Assembly (NCBI RefSeq): GCF_006345805.1
Contig: NC_043014.1
Span: 20,708,001 to 20,772,000 of the forward strand
DNA: 64,000 nucleotides
DNA from: Octopus sinensis
Lineage: Eukaryota
Direction of reading: 5' to 3'
This document shows positions 26,913-39,370 of this stretch, in pieces (within the stretch, counting starts at the first letter, position 1; each line of letters opens with the position of its first letter). Made by a program: the position numbers and the translations under genes. The notes under the pieces are model-generated. The model was not told the origin of the DNA. It did no database searches and saw only the letters and a program-made list of their open reading frames with translations.

Positions 26913-26952
<40 letters not shown>

Positions 26953-27590
26953 CATATATATATTTGTATGTGTGTCTGTGTGCCTGTGTTTGTATCCCCC
27001 CCCCACAAACATCGCTTGACAGCCAATCGTGGTGTGTTTACGTCCCCGTAACTTAGCGGTTCGGCAAAATGCACCGATAGAATAAGTACTAGGCTTACAA
27101 AGAATAAGTCCTAAGGTCGATTTCCTCGACTAAAAGGCGGTGCTCCAGTATGGCCGTAGTCAAATGACTGAAACAAGTAAAAGAGTAAAAAGAGAGAGTA
27201 TGTAACGTTTTCTCGTGCAAAATATGATTTCCTTTCCATGAAAAAAACTAACGAAAACACCGCCATAAATATTTACCTTCTCTTTTACTTTATGGTTTAT
27301 TATTTTATTTACATTTTCATTCTTATCTTTATATCTATTTTTCATCTCTAAATTTTCAGCTTTATTTTATATCATTTCATTCTATTCTGTAATTTTCCCC
27401 GCTTCATCTGTCATTCAATTTGTCTTTTTCAAAATATTGGTATAAATATTTATCTGCAATGGAAACTCTAAACTATGCTTCTAGAGTTGGACACGTTTTA
27501 TCTAGTTTCTAAACACAGGATTTATCAAATTATGAATATGTGCACTTGTGTGTGTGTGCGTAGACCCACAGCATATATATGTATGTATAT

Positions 27591-27637
<47 letters not shown>

Positions 27638-27786
27638 GCACATATATGTATGTATACATGTAAATGTATAGTCCCTACATTTATACGCTTGTATGCTTGT
27701 ATGTGTGTGTATATATACATATATATATGTGTGTGTGTATACATATATATATAGACATATATATATATATGTACATATATATATAT

Positions 27787-27843
<57 letters not shown>

Positions 27844-28454
27844 CAGAGTAAGCGCATAAATATGAAACAAAGTGGAAAAAGTAATCCTCGGATCCCGGAG
27901 GTAGAGAAATATTCCTTATTAATAAAGGGAACGTGAAACTCTGAGAAACAGATTTTGTGATATCTTTGCAGCTTTATTAATAAAGCGTGTGTGTGTTTGT
28001 GTGTGTGTGTGTGTGTGCGAGTGTGTATGTATGCATGCATTACTAATGTGTGTATGTATTATGTTTGTATCTATGTATGTGTGTATGTGTGTATGTGTGT
28101 ATGTTTGTATGCAGCTTATTTAAACTAGTCCAGTGGCCTATTAGAATGTGTAAATTCTACGACGTTTAGCTGCTTCCTTCGACAAATATGAATGGATGAA
28201 AAGACATGCTACACTAAACCAACGATGGAAGAAAGCAGTACGGGAAAAAAACAGTGCATATTGATAATGATAGTTACAACAATGAAAATGGTCGATAAAC
28301 AAAACAATTGAAAATAATCTTGTCTATGTGTGAGCTTTGTATGTATGTTTAGATGCCTGTGTGCGTGCGCACCTAAATCGGTGTTATATGCTAACTGCGA
28401 ATATTTGTCCAGAAATTCATGAGTGCCTTTATTACTATTATTGTTATAAAGGCG

Positions 28455-28843
28455 ATGGACTGCCAGAATCGTTAGCACGCCAGACACAAATGGTTAGCGA
28501 CATTTCTTCCGTCCATATGTTCTGAGTTTAAATTCCGCCTAAGTCGACTTTGCCTTTTATCTTTTCGGGGTCGATAATATAAGTATATAAGTACCAATCG
28601 AGTACTGGGGTCGATATAATTGACTATTCCTCCCACCTAAGATTTCAGACTTTCCATATATATATATATACATATATACGACGGGCTTCTTTCAGTTTCC
28701 GTCTAACAAATCCACTCACAAGGCTTTGGTCGACCCGAGGCTATAGTAGAAGACACTTACCGAAGGTTCCACGCAGTGAGACTGAACCCGGAACCATGTG
28801 GTTGGTAAGCAAGCTACTTACCACACAGCCACTCCTGCGCCTA
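28455..28843. mobile_element. SINE A (28455-28660, plus) and SINE B 5' half (28680-28843, minus)
   Basis: Family motifs. Confidence 0.8.
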
Positions 28844-29089
28844 TATTATTAATGTTATTTTATTATCATTGTTAATATTGGTATTGTTATCGCTATTATT
28901 GTTATTATTATTGTTATTATACTAACATTTTTTTTCTTTGGCCAGTAAGTGTTATCTTTTATTCGCTTCTATCTAGAAATCAAAGGCAATGACGATTATT
29001 CCCTTCAAACTTTGATTTTGTGACCTAGACATCAATGTTTTGAAATTGACCTACGTTCCATTACATTTTTGATAGATTCCGTACTGAAT

Positions 29090-29390
29090 TGCTGAAGCAG
29101 AAATATCATTATAGCAAATATTCTACTCAATACTGATTTGATCGTCATTTGTTTGACCTTAACCGCTTGAGTGTGTCCCTTACTGGCTGAGACTATGTGC
29201 ATCTCTGATCACAAGCAGTTGTAGAGCATCATAGCCATGTGTCGAGAAGGAGTCTTTGGAGTTTGAAATAAAAGTAACGAAAGCAAAGTTTGAAGGAGAT
29301 ATTAGCGATTTTTCATACTTTCTAGGGATAAGCAAATAGGAAATAACAGTTGCTATCCAAGGACAAAAATCATGTGACACAATGTAATTT
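29090..29390 (+). mobile_element. Degenerate family C retroposon fragment, opposite orientation to the other copies
   Basis: TTGACCTTAACC..GTCCCTTA.TGGCTGA..TATGTGCATCTCTGATCAC is the reverse complement of 2890-2950. Confidence 0.7.
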
Positions 29391-29719
29391 TTATTATCAT
29401 CATCATTATCATGTGTATGTATATGTATGAAGGCATGTGTTTATGTATAGATGTATACGGTTCAGGTAGTCAGATCTGCCGGGTACCGAGTATCATATGT
29501 TACCCGCCTATGGTTTCCCTATTGGGAAATTCGGCAAAAACTATGCTATTTTCATTTGACATCTAGAAAGCCTTTCACTGGGTCCTGTTTGAGAGTCTCC
29601 CGGTTAAACTTCACACGCCTCTCTCCTTTGCCTAGAAGTTCCCTCTCAGATTGTATTATCGCAGCGGGCACTGAAAATGGAGCTCTCTCTAGCCCGAACT
29701 TTATGTACTCCAGTATACC

Positions 29720-30170
29720 CTAAAGTTCAATCATACCAGCAACTTTTCCTATACATTAACAACCTGTATGCTGTCACCTCTAACACCCACTACTACGCAA
29801 ATGTATACATTCTTCACTTTTCGCTAACTTTCCATGTCACCTGATCTTAAACCTGCTCTGCCCCTATAAACAAAGACCTGGAAAACATCCAATAGAGACA
29901 TTACAATTTTGTCTTATTCAACTCAACAATTACACAATCATCGCACATGTCAAGAAAACAATCTCCTACCTCTATAGTTATGGACAACACTAAATTATAA
30001 TCCACAAAGTTGCTAAAAGTGTTAAGCCAGGCAATTACTGCTCACTTCTGCTAATCTCACATTTATTCATAACACAGTAAAAACTGTAGCCCAAAGACCA
30101 ACTTTCCTCTTGGGAGACGGAAAATACATCAGCTTCCAACAATTTCTGACTCTCAGTAAGCTCAAAGGAA
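29720..30170 (+). mobile_element. CR1/Jockey-like RT relic
   Basis: LFLYINNLYAVTSNTHYYANVYILHFS resembles LF.IYINDL...YADD..L; NKDLENIQ follows. Confidence 0.5.
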
Positions 30171-30714
30171 GTGGTAGGTGGGTAGGTAGATAGGTAGGTA
30201 GGTAGGTAGGTAGGTAGGTAGGTAGGTAGGTAGGTAGTTGGGGAGGGAGGGAGGGAGGGAGGGAGGGAAGGCCAGACAGACAGACGGACGGACGGGCGGA
30301 GGTAAACTGGAAGGTAGATGTGAAGGTAGTTAGATAGTATATACGTTAGTAGGAATTATTTTTTGTGATAGTTTCTAGATATGTAGGTAGGTAGTTAGGG
30401 TAAGTTTCAAGGTAGGTAGGTAGGTTTAAGTAGGGGTAGATGCGTACATAGGTAGGTAGACAGTTGCATAAGTAGGAAAGAAGACAGGTAAATTAGGTAA
30501 GCTTCAAGGTACACGAGTTGTTAAGTAGAGTAAATATGTGGAAGGGAGGGATGGAGGTAGAAAGGTAGGTATGTGAGTAGGGAGGGAGGGAGGGAGGAAT
30601 TTAAGGAGTGAGGTACAACAGTTCATGTATGTGTAGAAGAGACTGGATAAATAGCTACAATTGCCCACTGAATAAAATCCTCGAGATCAGCAAAATGGCG
30701 GCACTGGAAATACT

Positions 30715-31330
30715 ATACATTACACTACAACACAGACCACCACTCTACTATGTACTTCACTATAGCACAAAACACCACTACACTATTACTTATCCTATAT
30801 TACACAACAGCATAGACCACCACACTACTATATACTAAACTACAGCACATACCACAACTGCACTATTATTCTATATTACACTACAGCACAGACCACCTCT
30901 TTACTATTTACTAAACTACAGCACATACCACTACTGCACTATGATTCTATATTACACTACAGCACAGACCACCACTTTACTATATACTAAACTACAACAC
31001 ATACTACTACTGTACTATTACTTACTCTATCTTACACTACAGTATAGACCATCATTCTACTATATACTACACTACAGCACATACTACGACTGGACTACCT
31101 GCCTACCTACCTACCTACCTACCTACCTACCTATCTACCTACCTACCTATCTACCTATCTACCTACCTACCAACACAGACCACCATCCTACTATACACTA
31201 CACTATAGCATAAACTACTGCTGCACTGTATACTACACTACAGCGTAGACCACCACTACAGTATTACACTACAAAGAAGAACATCGTTACACTGTTACCT
31301 ATACTGTATCTCACAACTGTACAGACCACT
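30715..31330. repeat. 76-80-bp G-poor minisatellite (about 7 degenerate units) interrupted by (CTAC)n
   Basis: TTACACTACAGCACAGACC recurs at about 30720, 30800, 30876, 30952 and 31032. Confidence 0.8.
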
Positions 31331-31679
31331 ACTGTTGTAGTTTACTATACTACAACATTATGCCATATACAATACTGATACAGTATACTACCACACAGCT
31401 ACATGTATATAATACAGCTCGACCACACTAACGTATCATACTGCAACATGGACAACACACAATGCTACAATATACACCACTACAACATTGTAATACATAC
31501 CACACTACAAATTATGTCACGTTGCCATGCATATCATAGGCAAACCCACCATACAACAACATATACCACATTCAATACTACCATATTACTACATACACTA
31601 GACAAAAGCTACCACTCTGCCGCATACACCATACACAACATTATTAACACACTACAACATATACCACACAAAATATTGA

Positions 31680-31890
31680 TTTCAAAGTTTGGCACTAGGC
31701 CTAAAATTTCGGGGAAGAGGCTTACTTGATTACATCCACCTCAGTACTCAACTGGTACTTATTTTTTCGAAGCCCTAAAAGGATGAAAAGTACAGTCGAC
31801 CTTGGTTGAATTTGAACTCAGAACACGAAGACGGGCGAAATGCATAGCAGCATTTCGCCCGGCGTGCTAACGACTCTGCCAGCACGTCAC
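31680..31890 (-). mobile_element. SINE A
   Basis: Reverse complement of family motifs. Confidence 0.8.
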
Positions 31891-32027
31891 CTCATGTACC
31901 ACACAAAATATTACAAAACTGCAACATATACTTCACACAACATTATCATACTATAACATATACTGCACACACCACTACTACACTGCAACGTATATAACAC
32001 ACACCATCAGCAGCACGCTATTACACA

Positions 32028-32154
32028 CAGGCGTGGGTGTGTGGTAAGAAGCTTGCTCCACAAGCACATTGTTCCGGGTTCATTCCCAGTTAGTGATACT
32101 TTGAGCGAGCGTTTTCTACTGTAGACTTGGGCCCATCAAAACTTCGTGAGTGGA

Positions 32155-32205
<51 letters not shown>

Positions 32206-32460
32206 TTGTTTGTGTGCGTGTGTGTGCGTGCGCGCGCGCGTATACCTTCGTGTGTGTGTGTGACCCCCATCATTGCTTGAAAACAGTTGTTAGTGTGCTT
32301 ACGTCCCTATAACTTAGCGATTCGGCAAATCAGGCCGATAGAATAAGTATCACGCTTTAAAAAAAATAATAAATAAGTACTGAGGTCGATTCACTCGAAT
32401 AAAAATTTTTCGAGGCGATGCTCCAGCATGACCACCGTCTAAGGACTGAAACAAACAAAA
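32028..32460 (+). mobile_element. SINE B with internal (TG)n
   Basis: Family motifs. Confidence 0.8.
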
Positions 32461-33084
32461 GACAACAGAAAAAAAATACAGCTCGCATCACAGCCGCACT
32501 ACAACATATACAACACAGAACAGTTATCACATTATTACATGCACCGCAAATAACACTAGCACACTGCAGCATATACTACAGAGAACACCTTACAGAAAAT
32601 ATATAACTACACACCGCGTGTACTATTAAGCCGATGAAAAGATACAAATATCACGTACCTTCAGTAGACATGTAAACCTACGAACAATTTATTGACTTAT
32701 GACATTACCAGCTTTTTTTTTTTCCACCACCACTACCACTACTACTACTACTACCGTTTGTGATGTGTGTAAGGCGCTTGCTGTTACGCATCGGCGATCA
32801 CTAAAAATGAGCCAACATCTTCAACTGATTATTAATGCTCCGATTGTACTACTACTATTAGCGTATTACCATTACTACTATTACTGCTGCTGCTGCTACT
32901 GCTGCTGCTAATAATAATAATAATAATAATAATAATGAATATTTTACATAGACCAAGAAATCATAAATTTGGGCTTGAGGTAGTGAATAGTCGATAAATT
33001 CGACTTCAGTACTTGACCGATGCTTTATTTTATCGACCTGAAAAGGTGAAAGGGAAAGCTGAACCGATCTTGACCAAAGAGACA

Positions 33085-33128
33085 GCAGCAGCAGCAACAG
33101 CAGCAGCAGTAGCAGCAGTAGCAGCAAC

Positions 33129-33184
<56 letters not shown>

Positions 33185-33185
33185 T

Positions 33186-33220
<35 letters not shown>

Positions 33221-33360
33221 TTGGCAGTGGTGGTGGTGGTGGTAGTAGTAGTAGCAGCAGCAGTAATAGTAGTATTGGCAGTGGTGGTGGTGGTGGTAGT
33301 AGTAGTAGCAGCAGCAGTAATAGTAGTATTGGCAGTGGTGGTAGTAGTAGCAGCAGCAGC

Positions 33361-33401
<41 letters not shown>

Positions 33402-33470
33402 AGTAGTAGTAGTAGTATTGGCAGTGGAGGTGGTAGTACTAGTAGTAGTAGTAGTAGTAGTAGCAGCAGC
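33085..33470. repeat. Compound (GCA)/(GTA)/(GTG) trinucleotide array with higher-order duplications
   Basis: GTATTGGCAGTGGTGG.. block repeated 3-4 times. Confidence 0.9.
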
Positions 33471-35324
33471 AGTACAAAACCATAAAAAACATGAATCATT
33501 GAATAGTATGATACAATAATGTTAATAAAAAATCCTCATGATGCACACACGCACACACATACATACACATACATACACACGGATATATATATATAAAATC
33601 AATAGTGAGTCTTTGATCACTTGAAATGAAAGTTGTAGCTTTCTACGAAACATATTAATTGACCATTACTGTAACAAAAAAAAATAATAATCCAGGTTTT
33701 TACTTTTGTATCTTTTCTAATCCCTCAACAAACTGAAACAGCGATTGATCTAACTGGTTTCTGGTCCTGCTTGAGCTTCATCTGAGAAATATCATTAACG
33801 TTCTTTTCACAGAATGTTTACAAGCTATTTATAATGTATACAAACCAGGACTTGGCATAACGCCCTGCGTTGACAAAGTGGAATATTAAAACCTAGAAAC
33901 GTTTTTAATAATCACGTCATAGAGCTACATACTTTCCTTTGTACAGACATGTTAATTTGTAAGTTTCTTAAAAAGCTTAAATGGTATTCTTCGTATCAGG
34001 ACAATTACCCCCAGGTTAATTATGCACCCATATGACAATTCCCCCCGACGACAACTACTCCCTAGGACAATCACCGCCCTTGGTTAATTACCCCCTCTTC
34101 AATATATATAGAAGTTTTAAATCATCATCTGTTGTCCTCAGGGGTATCTGTCCTTGGGGGTTGTTGTCTATGGGGGGGGGGAAATGTCCCAGACTCGTTT
34201 TCTTTACATTTCAATTTGTGTGTGTGGGTATCTATCTGTCTATGTGCATATGGGGGTGGGGGAGAAGGGTTTCAAAAATTAAACAGAAGAAACGAGCGGA
34301 AAATTCACACGCAAGAAAAATTTTTATTCGAGTGAATCGACCTCAGTACTTATTTATTATTTTTTTTAAAGCGTGATACTTATTCTATCGTCAGTTATCG
34401 TCCAAAAAATCGCTACAATTTCATGCTTTTAATGATAATATTGTTCAATTTTCGGTGGCGTCAACAGCGTATAGCTGCTGGGAATAATGAGTGAACGTTG
34501 ATGACAGGAACACAAATGAATACGATACAGGTACAATCGTAGATATAGAAACCCGGTGTTGAAAGTAAAGAAGCATGCGAAAGGCCGGAAGAAGAATAAC
34601 TGAAGAAAGTCAGCGGTCAAGCGATAAAAGGAAGTTGGAAAGAGAAATGAGAATGGTCATAAGTCACATGGTAGTAAGGGGAGGAAGAAAAAGTGGTAGA
34701 AAGCAGAAAGACAGAAAAAGACAGAGAGGTAATGTGGTGAGAGAGAGAGAAGGGTGTTAAAGAGAGGCGAAAAGGAAGCCCTATATAAGATCCTATGTAA
34801 CTAATAAGAAGAAATTATTGTGAAACGGACACTTGGCCCGATGGGCTACAATATATTTACTCTGCTAAATGCCACCTTGGACCAAGTAGTGGTGTTATAA
34901 ACTGGACGACAAATAAACTCTGCAACTCATAAACATGTAACCATTTTCTCCGAACTGACTTTACATAGTTTCCTTCTAGAGATTGTCACTTCAAACTTTT
35001 CATTGAATCAAGTTCGATCAAGGTTTTATGCTGTGGCATTGAACCGAAAGACGTAGAAACAAACGATTCATTAAGAAGGTTATGGCACACTGTTAGTAAT
35101 AACAACCAAAAATACCTCAAACCACACACAATCGTCTTACAAAAGATAATGCGGTCCTAGTCAATAGGGGTAAAAAAGAGGAGACGATAACAACCAGAAT
35201 GTTCAATTAGTGCTCATCTAGGGTTAAACAACTACAGCAGCTACGTAATTTGAAGCGAACTTCTTAATCACAGAACCATAACATCGCCTAACCTGACTGA
35301 ATATAAGACATTTTTCTTTCAGTT

Positions 35325-36086
35325 TTTGAGACCCATATGTTCTCTCAAGTGGTTATAAGAGCAACGCTAGAAATATTTTCTTTTATAGAAACAATAATTT
35401 CGTACGCTCCATTGTATCTTGCGTAAATTTGCCTCAAATAATAATTGAAACGTAAACAGAATGATTGAACAACCGACGTGTAATGCCTTCTCGGCCGGTC
35501 TCGACAACGATCACTCAGGTGTTCGACCAACTGAGCTACATACTCCAAGAAGTAAACGTCTAAGTGTATGAGAATTCCATACAATTTTTGGGAAGTTACA
35601 TTAAGAGAATACATGTATTCTCTTAACGTAACTCCCCAAAATAACTTGTGTTACGCAATGTCACAAAACTGGATAAACAGATGTTGAAAGATCGGCCTGA
35701 AAGGCTGTTAGCTCCGGGTGCTGGTGTGATGAGGCGCAAAATTTCCTCTAACTATCATGCATGTCGGTTAAAGTAGGACAGCTAAGAGTGGCTTTGCCCT
35801 CGGGCAAAGAAAGTCTTTTTCACGCCTCTGGCTGGAGCTTTGCATACACTTAGACGTTTACTTCTCGGAGTAGGTAGCTCAGTTGGTCGAACACCTGAGT
35901 GATCGTTGTTGAGACCGGTCGAGAAGGCATTACACGTCGGTTGTTCAATCATTCTGTTTACGTTTCAATTATTATTTGAGGCAAATTTACGCAAGATACA
36001 ATAGAGCGTACGAAATGATTATTTCTATAAAAGAAAACATTTCTAGCTTTGCTCTTATAACCATTTCAGAACACATGGGTCCCAAA
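35325..36086. mobile_element. Fold-back/MITE-like element with about 220-250-bp inverted arms
   Basis: Arms 35350-35570 and 35843-36063 (over 90% by eye), extending weakly to 35325/36086; internal palindrome 35586-35641. Confidence 0.85.
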
Positions 36087-36918
36087 GGCAGAAAATCGAC
36101 TACTTTAATCATTGAGCTCGAAATGAGAAAAAGCAAAGTTGATCTGTATGGAATTTGAACTCAAGTCAACAGTAGGATTCTACCCGCCACTCCAATAACT
36201 ATCAGTTTGCTATATTAACCCAATATACTTCTAATTCCACAACAGTATGAACTGCCCTCAGGTCATTGTTTCCTTTACTTCACCATCTTTCCCTAATTTC
36301 AAATAACTGGAACAATGACTCATCAAGCAAATTCAGAAAACAGAAAAAAATACTTTTTACTTGTTATCTTTTAAGTTTCAAGTTGTCTCCTTTGCCTGTG
36401 GTTGCTTTAGTCAAACAGATATAGACTTGATTAATTTAAGTTACTGAGTTCATTGTGTTAGAGCCTACTAAACTATAAAATATAGCTGTAGCTACATCAT
36501 TGCAACACAACGAAATGTTTATCCAGACAACGAAGATGCCTCTTCGGGTTCACCCGACCTGCTACATATAGTTGCCTAATCTTACTCAAATTACACTTCA
36601 CTGTTTTACACTGCTACGACGCATTGGATAATGTGATCCTAGATTCATTACACATCTGACCGTAGAGTAACGCTCTTACTCTACAGACAACATCACAGGT
36701 CAAGTGATACGACCTTATTAATCCAAGTCACGTCACATGCTGATTGAGTGTTTAAGATATTCACCTCATAACAACGTACGGTATTTTGGGTTCAATCTCA
36801 CGGTGCAGTACAATGGACATGTCTTTTACCATAACCCTATTTTCTCCAGTATTTCGTCTTGTTTGTGTAATTTGGTTCGTGTATAATCTGTGTGTGGTAG
36901 GAGGGTGCGTGTATAATC

Positions 36919-36970
<52 letters not shown>

Positions 36971-37036
36971 CCTGAAACCATAACTATCGCATCTTTTTAT
37001 ATGTCAGAAACAACATTATTATTATTATTATTATTA

Positions 37037-37072
<36 letters not shown>

Positions 37073-37313
37073 GAGTGAGATAGCAGTGCATGCCATCAAA
37101 GTGACACTGGGGTAAAATATACGAATCCCAATATACCCATCATGACTACCCGCCTGATAAGGGTACACCAGGCACATGCATCACAACCATATGTGCGCGA
37201 CATGGTGATCTCATATCAAGATAAACAGCACAGGACCTTGCAGGTGGGGCCCAGTTAGAATTTTCTTCAGGTTGAGTAGCCCATCCCGCTCAAAAGGCCC
37301 CTGAATAAGGGTT
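37073..37313 (-). mobile_element. Family C retroposon, 3' half
   Basis: Matches 2558-2790; (TTA)n at 37015-37072. Confidence 0.85.
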
Positions 37314-37681
37314 GTGACAGTCCCGTATGGGAATTACACCACCGCTGTTTAGCCCTAAGAAGCATCGACGCTTCCTGTCGGCTTTGACACATTTCCTGTG
37401 TCCTTATATTTGTGAAGGGGAGGCAAGCACCCCCACCAGCCAAGATTCACACCTGAGGATATGCATGTTTCTGAGTCTTAACCCGTCATCAGCCCAGGAT
37501 AGTGAGATCTGCTGACTGAGGTGCCTGTCTAACCTTCACAAATATATATACTTACGGTGAAATCTATTCACTGGTCACTGTAATTAGAAATATTAAATTT
37601 CTAAATGTCTCAAAGAGACATGAGCGGTGGTGGAGCGATAGAGTGGTTGTATACTGTCAACGTAACGTGACAGTCCCGTAT
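37314..37681 (-). mobile_element. 353-bp structured HHR unit with 15-bp terminal direct repeat (retrozyme-like monomer)
   Basis: GTGACAGTCCCGTAT at 37314-37328 and 37667-37681; nested inverted repeats; HHR inside. Confidence 0.7.
37452..37498 (-). ncRNA. Type I hammerhead ribozyme, core intact, two helix mismatches
   Basis: CCUGGG-CUGAUGA-cGGGU(UAAG)ACUCa-GAAA-CAUGCAUa-UC-CUCAGG; one G-to-A change away from the palindrome ACAUGCAUGU. Confidence 0.7.
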
Positions 37682-37692
37682 TATTTTTATTA

Positions 37693-37775
<83 letters not shown>

Positions 37776-37778
<3 letters not shown>

Positions 37779-39160
37779 CTTCTTTCTTTAAATTTTCTTC
37801 CGTTTATCGCTGAGTGTTTTCCGTACACCTAGGGCAGAGAAGCTCATTGTATGCATTCCCAGATTACACGCGCAAATTCACAGATAAAATATGTATTTAG
37901 AAATTAATAAATAAGTAAATTTATGCATGGATGTTGTTTTCACAGCGATAATGCTCTTCTCAGTACATGAGCCATTCCAGTTAACACGATTTCTTGCACT
38001 TCCTGTAGGGATGGTAAGCCTGGTATCATTTTCAAATAGGTTTCAGTACCTTTTTTTATCATTCCTAGAGATCCTACAATCACTGGTACTGTAGTCGCCT
38101 TGTGATGCCACATTTTTTCAATTTCTATTAGTAAGTCTTTATATTTACTGATCTTGTCAAATTCTTTCGCCGCTATATTGTGATCGCAAGGAATATTCAT
38201 GTCAATTAATAAGCACATCCTTTTTGTCTGATCTTTTATAATAATATCTGGTTTATTAGCTTTTATAGTTTTGTCGGTACGTACGGGAAGTCCCATAGAA
38301 TCGACACATTCTCTCCCTCAGTCACAGCTTCAGGATGGTGTTTATACCATTTGTCAGCGGTCTCGATTTTATAATGCCGACATATTGTCCAGTGTAAATA
38401 CTGGCCGACTCTGTCATGTCTTGCTTTATATTCTACAGGTGCTAAGACTCTACACCCTGAGATTAGGTGGTCTATTAGCAAGTATGTGGCCCGTTGCAAA
38501 CAAGCTGATGTCGACCAGAAACAGGCACCAATGGTTACGAAGCTCAGAGCTAAAAGCAGAGAGTGAAGGTTTCATATTAGCTGCTCATGACCAAAGCTTA
38601 TTAACCAGGAACTACCAAACCAATGTCATAAAAAATGGAGCTGACCCAAAATGCCGATTCTGTAACAATGAGATTGAAACAATAGACCACCTAATCTCAG
38701 GGTGTAGAGTCTTAGCAAGCTTGCGGATTTTTCTGTCAATTTTCATTATTTCACTGGTATTCCAGTTAAGCACATTAAAGCTATAAAGAACAACTGGGAC
38801 TGCTAAAGAATTTATGGCTAACACCTTATTATATGCATTCAGCTCAGACTTCAGGATTGCTCGAACTCTTCTATAACATTCCATCCTAACCTTTTCTTTC
38901 ATGCTTGTATGCTGGATACCAAAGCCTTCATTAATTCCTAGGCATTTATAGGCTTGTTCCTGCTCAAGTTTCGACATCTAATTCGATTGAACTTGACTTT
39001 TCCAATTTCCCTTTCTTAAAAGTGGCTTTGGCACACTTTCCAAAGCCAAACTCCATCCCGATATCATCACTGAATACTTTCACAGTATGTAAGAGTCCTT
39101 CAAGCTCTTCATCATCTTTGCCATATAGTTTTAAGTCATCCATATAAAATAGATGGCTTA
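37776..39160 (-). mobile_element. 5'-truncated R4/Dong LINE with internal inversion and deletion
   Basis: Minus strand: YMDDLKLYG..RKIRKL (39160-38720) and IDHLISGC..RHD..NKPDIII..KYKDL..LRRALSL* (38476-37940); plus strand: WLRSSELKAESEG..CRFC..IDHLISGCRVLA (38477-38717). Confidence 0.9.
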
Positions 39161-39190
39161 TTATTAATTATTATTATTATTATTATCATC

Positions 39191-39239
<49 letters not shown>

Positions 39240-39252
39240 GTAGTAGTATTAT

Positions 39253-39359
<107 letters not shown>

Positions 39360-39370
39360 TTATTATTATT

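Larger units (their letters stand above)
25661..26925 (+). mobile_element. Tandem array of about 2.5 copies of a 507/508-bp non-coding HHR-containing unit (retrozyme-like)
   Basis: Unit starts AATTATTTTATTTCG at 25661, 26169 and 26676; only a few differences between copies; no ORF of 60 aa or more; (TA)n on both sides. Confidence 0.9.
25452..27195 (+). mobile_element. SINE B split at its internal (TA)n by the HHR tandem array (halves 25452-25620 and 26965-27195)
   Basis: 5' head and 3' body are collinear with the intact copies at 18485 and 42616. Confidence 0.85.

Noticed and set aside
25661-26925. CRISPR-like or coding interpretation of the tandem array
   Set aside because: Units are 507 bp without spacers or ORFs; eukaryotic context
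27846-27990. Rearranged copy of the repeat at 51370-51470, inverted at the palindrome CTTTATTAATAAAG
   Set aside because: Real but short and degenerate; no further inference supportable
35868-35900. tRNA gene
   Set aside because: Only a D-arm/A-box-like motif; no T-arm or cloverleaf
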